Positions 62,576-64,000 of a DNA stretch of 64,000 bases are shown one piece after another. The stretch's first letter is position 1. Each line of letters starts with the position of its first letter. The stretch is from an uncultured delta proteobacterium. GTDB lineage: Bacteria > Myxococcota > Myxococcia > Myxococcales > Myxococcaceae. The notes below the pieces were generated by a model. That model searched no databases. It was not told where the DNA came from and worked only from the letters and a program-made list of their open reading frames with translations. The position numbers and the translations under genes were made by a program. The stretch lies in the NCBI GenBank assembly GCA_963771175.1, contig CAVYSY010000024.1, positions 128,001 through 192,000 of the forward strand. Direction: 5' to 3'.

Positions 62576-63799
62576 TCACCTCCGCGAGACCGGAGGCTCG
62601 AGCCCCGCCCCCAGCACCAGCGCGAAGGCCTGCGAGGCCTGCACGTGGAAGAGCGGATCGTGCAGCAGGGAAAGCAGGCAGAAGAAGGCGAGCGCCCCCA
62701 GCGCGCCCAGGCCCTCGGGCCGGGACAGGGGGAAGCGCCAGGCGAGCCAGCCGAGCAGCACCACGAAGAGGATGGCGCCCGGCACGCCCGTCTCCGCGGC
62801 CATGCTGAGGTACTGGTTGTGCGACTTGCCCGGGTGCTCGCGCGCCTGCTGGGGCATGTCCGGGGTGGCGTAGAGACGGGCCTGGAAGCGCCCCGGCCCC
62901 ACTCCGGTGAGGGGGCTCGAGCGCAGCGCGCACAGGCCCGTCTCCAGCAGCGCGGAGCGGCTCCCCGAGCCCTTCTCCGTGGCGCTGTTGAGGAAGCGCT
63001 CGCGCAGGGGCTGGTTGAGGGCCAGCGTCAGCGCCGCCAGTCCCAGCACCGCCGCGCACGTGGGCACCGCCACGCGCCTCGGCAGGCCGAGCAGCACCAC
63101 CAGCCCCATCACCGCCACCAGGGCCACGCTGGCCGCTCGCGCGTACGGGAAGAGGCCCACCGAGACGAGCCCCACCGCCGCCACCGCCAACGCCGCGGCA
63201 CGGCGCCGGCCCTGGAGGCGCAACCCCATGCCCAGGGCGAAGGCCACGCCCATGCCGCCGATGTGCGAGAACTTCAGCCGGTGGAACAGCAGTCCTCCGG
63301 CCATGAAGCGACTCTCCGTGCCGGGCACGGCCTCGTAGACGCGGTCGAACGGGAGTCGCGTCCACGCGAGCGGCGCCCAGGCCTCCGGCGCGGGCCACAC
63401 GCCGAAGTGCTGCAACCCCGCCACCGCGCACGAGACGACGAACACGCCGCCCAGCACCCACGCCAGGCGCACCCGCCGCGCGTCCGACAGGTGGCCGATC
63501 GCCACCGCCGCCACGGGAATGCCCGCGAAGTCCAGCAGGCGCGCCACACCGGTGCCGCTCGGCGGGTGGCCGGACAGCAACGGCGCCAGCAGCGCCCACG
63601 CGAGAAAGACCACCAGGGGCGCCCACGCGCGCAGCGCTCCGCGCACGGTGACGCCGTCCCGCCGGGCCGCCACCAGCGCCACCAGCGCGCAGCCCGCGAG
63701 CCCCACCGCCGCGAGCGCCTCCAGGAACAGGCAGCCCACGCCCCACAGGGCCAGGCACACCAGGAACCCGCGCTCGAGCACCTCGGATCGGACGTTCAC
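62576..63799 (-). CDS. waaL: O-antigen ligase family membrane protein
   Basis: About 10 TM segments; YARAAS; R...W-type loop RSALLETG...PLTGVGPG; HPGKSHNQYLSMAAETGVPG; LPS gene context. Confidence 0.8.
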   Translation of the reverse strand: MNVRSEVLERGFLVCLALWGVGCLFLEALAAVGLAGCALVALVAARRDGVTVRGALRAWAPLVVFLAWALLAPLLSGHPPSGTGVARLLDFAGIPVAAVAIGHLSDARRVRLAWVLGGVFVVSCAVAGLQHFGVWPAPEAWAPLAWTRLPFDRVYEAVPGTESRFMAGGLLFHRLKFSHIGGMGVAFALGMGLRLQGRRRAAALAVAAVGLVSVGLFPYARAASVALVAVMGLVVLLGLPRRVAVPTCAAVLGLAALTLALNQPLRERFLNSATEKGSGSRSALLETGLCALRSSPLTGVGPGRFQARLYATPDMPQQAREHPGKSHNQYLSMAAETGVPGAILFVVLLGWLAWRFPLSRPEGLGALGALAFFCLLSLLHDPLFHVQASQAFALVLGAGLEPPVSRR

Positions 63800-64000
63800 G
63801 CGCCGCGTCTCCCCAGCCGGCCCTCACCGCGCAGCCACAGCAGGGCGGCGGCCACCACCAGCAGCGCGGTCGGCATCCACGCGGCCACCACCGGCGTCAG
63901 ACGATCGGTGAGCACCAGCGTGCGGGCCACCACCATCAGGCCCCACATCGTCACGGAGATGAGCAGGCCCTCGACGATGGCCACCGTCAGGTGCCCCTTG
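63796..64000 (-). CDS. LptF/LptG family LPS export permease, C-terminal fragment
   Basis: AIVEGLLISVTMWGL...LTPVVAAWMPTALL; the stop overlaps the waaL start; the gene runs off the window end. Confidence 0.7.
   Translation of the reverse strand, partial: KGHLTVAIVEGLLISVTMWGLMVVARTLVLTDRLTPVVAAWMPTALLVVAAALLWLRGEGRLGRRGA

Overview
High-GC myxobacterial (Archangium/Cystobacter/Myxococcus-like) chromosomal window. Many single-base frameshifts look like assembly errors. Bases 1-17.5 kb hold the 5' part of a minus-strand type I PKS cluster (KS-AT0-AT-DH-ER-KR-ACP; KS-AT-KR-ACP-KS-AT0-DH-KR-ACP). It has no loading ACP and two catalytically dead, internally deleted AT domains, and it sits behind a CoA-transferase gene whose 3' end is compositionally foreign. 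The remainder resembles core myxobacterial backbone: SCP2, a response regulator, a kinase with a degenerate ATPase domain, tatA, acyl-CoA ligase, a SigD-like sigma factor, a GlcD-like oxidase, a divergent folE, a zinc-uptake operon, nrdJ with tandem NrdR boxes, a MshEN protein, and LPS O-antigen genes (wbaP, two GT4s, waaL, lptF/G). The LPS genes are separated by an alkC / histidine kinase / uvrC-like / Ser-Thr kinase block. The most notable finding is two separate operons, each preceded by a Zur-box-like palindrome and headed by a ~140-aa membrane-targeted leader ORF. Both leaders share AH-x5-H-x2-C-x2-H, a second His/Cys site and a C-terminal APK(A/S)SPP at conserved spacing. They are candidate zinc-sensing ribosome-arrest leader peptides with a non-RAPP arrest motif.
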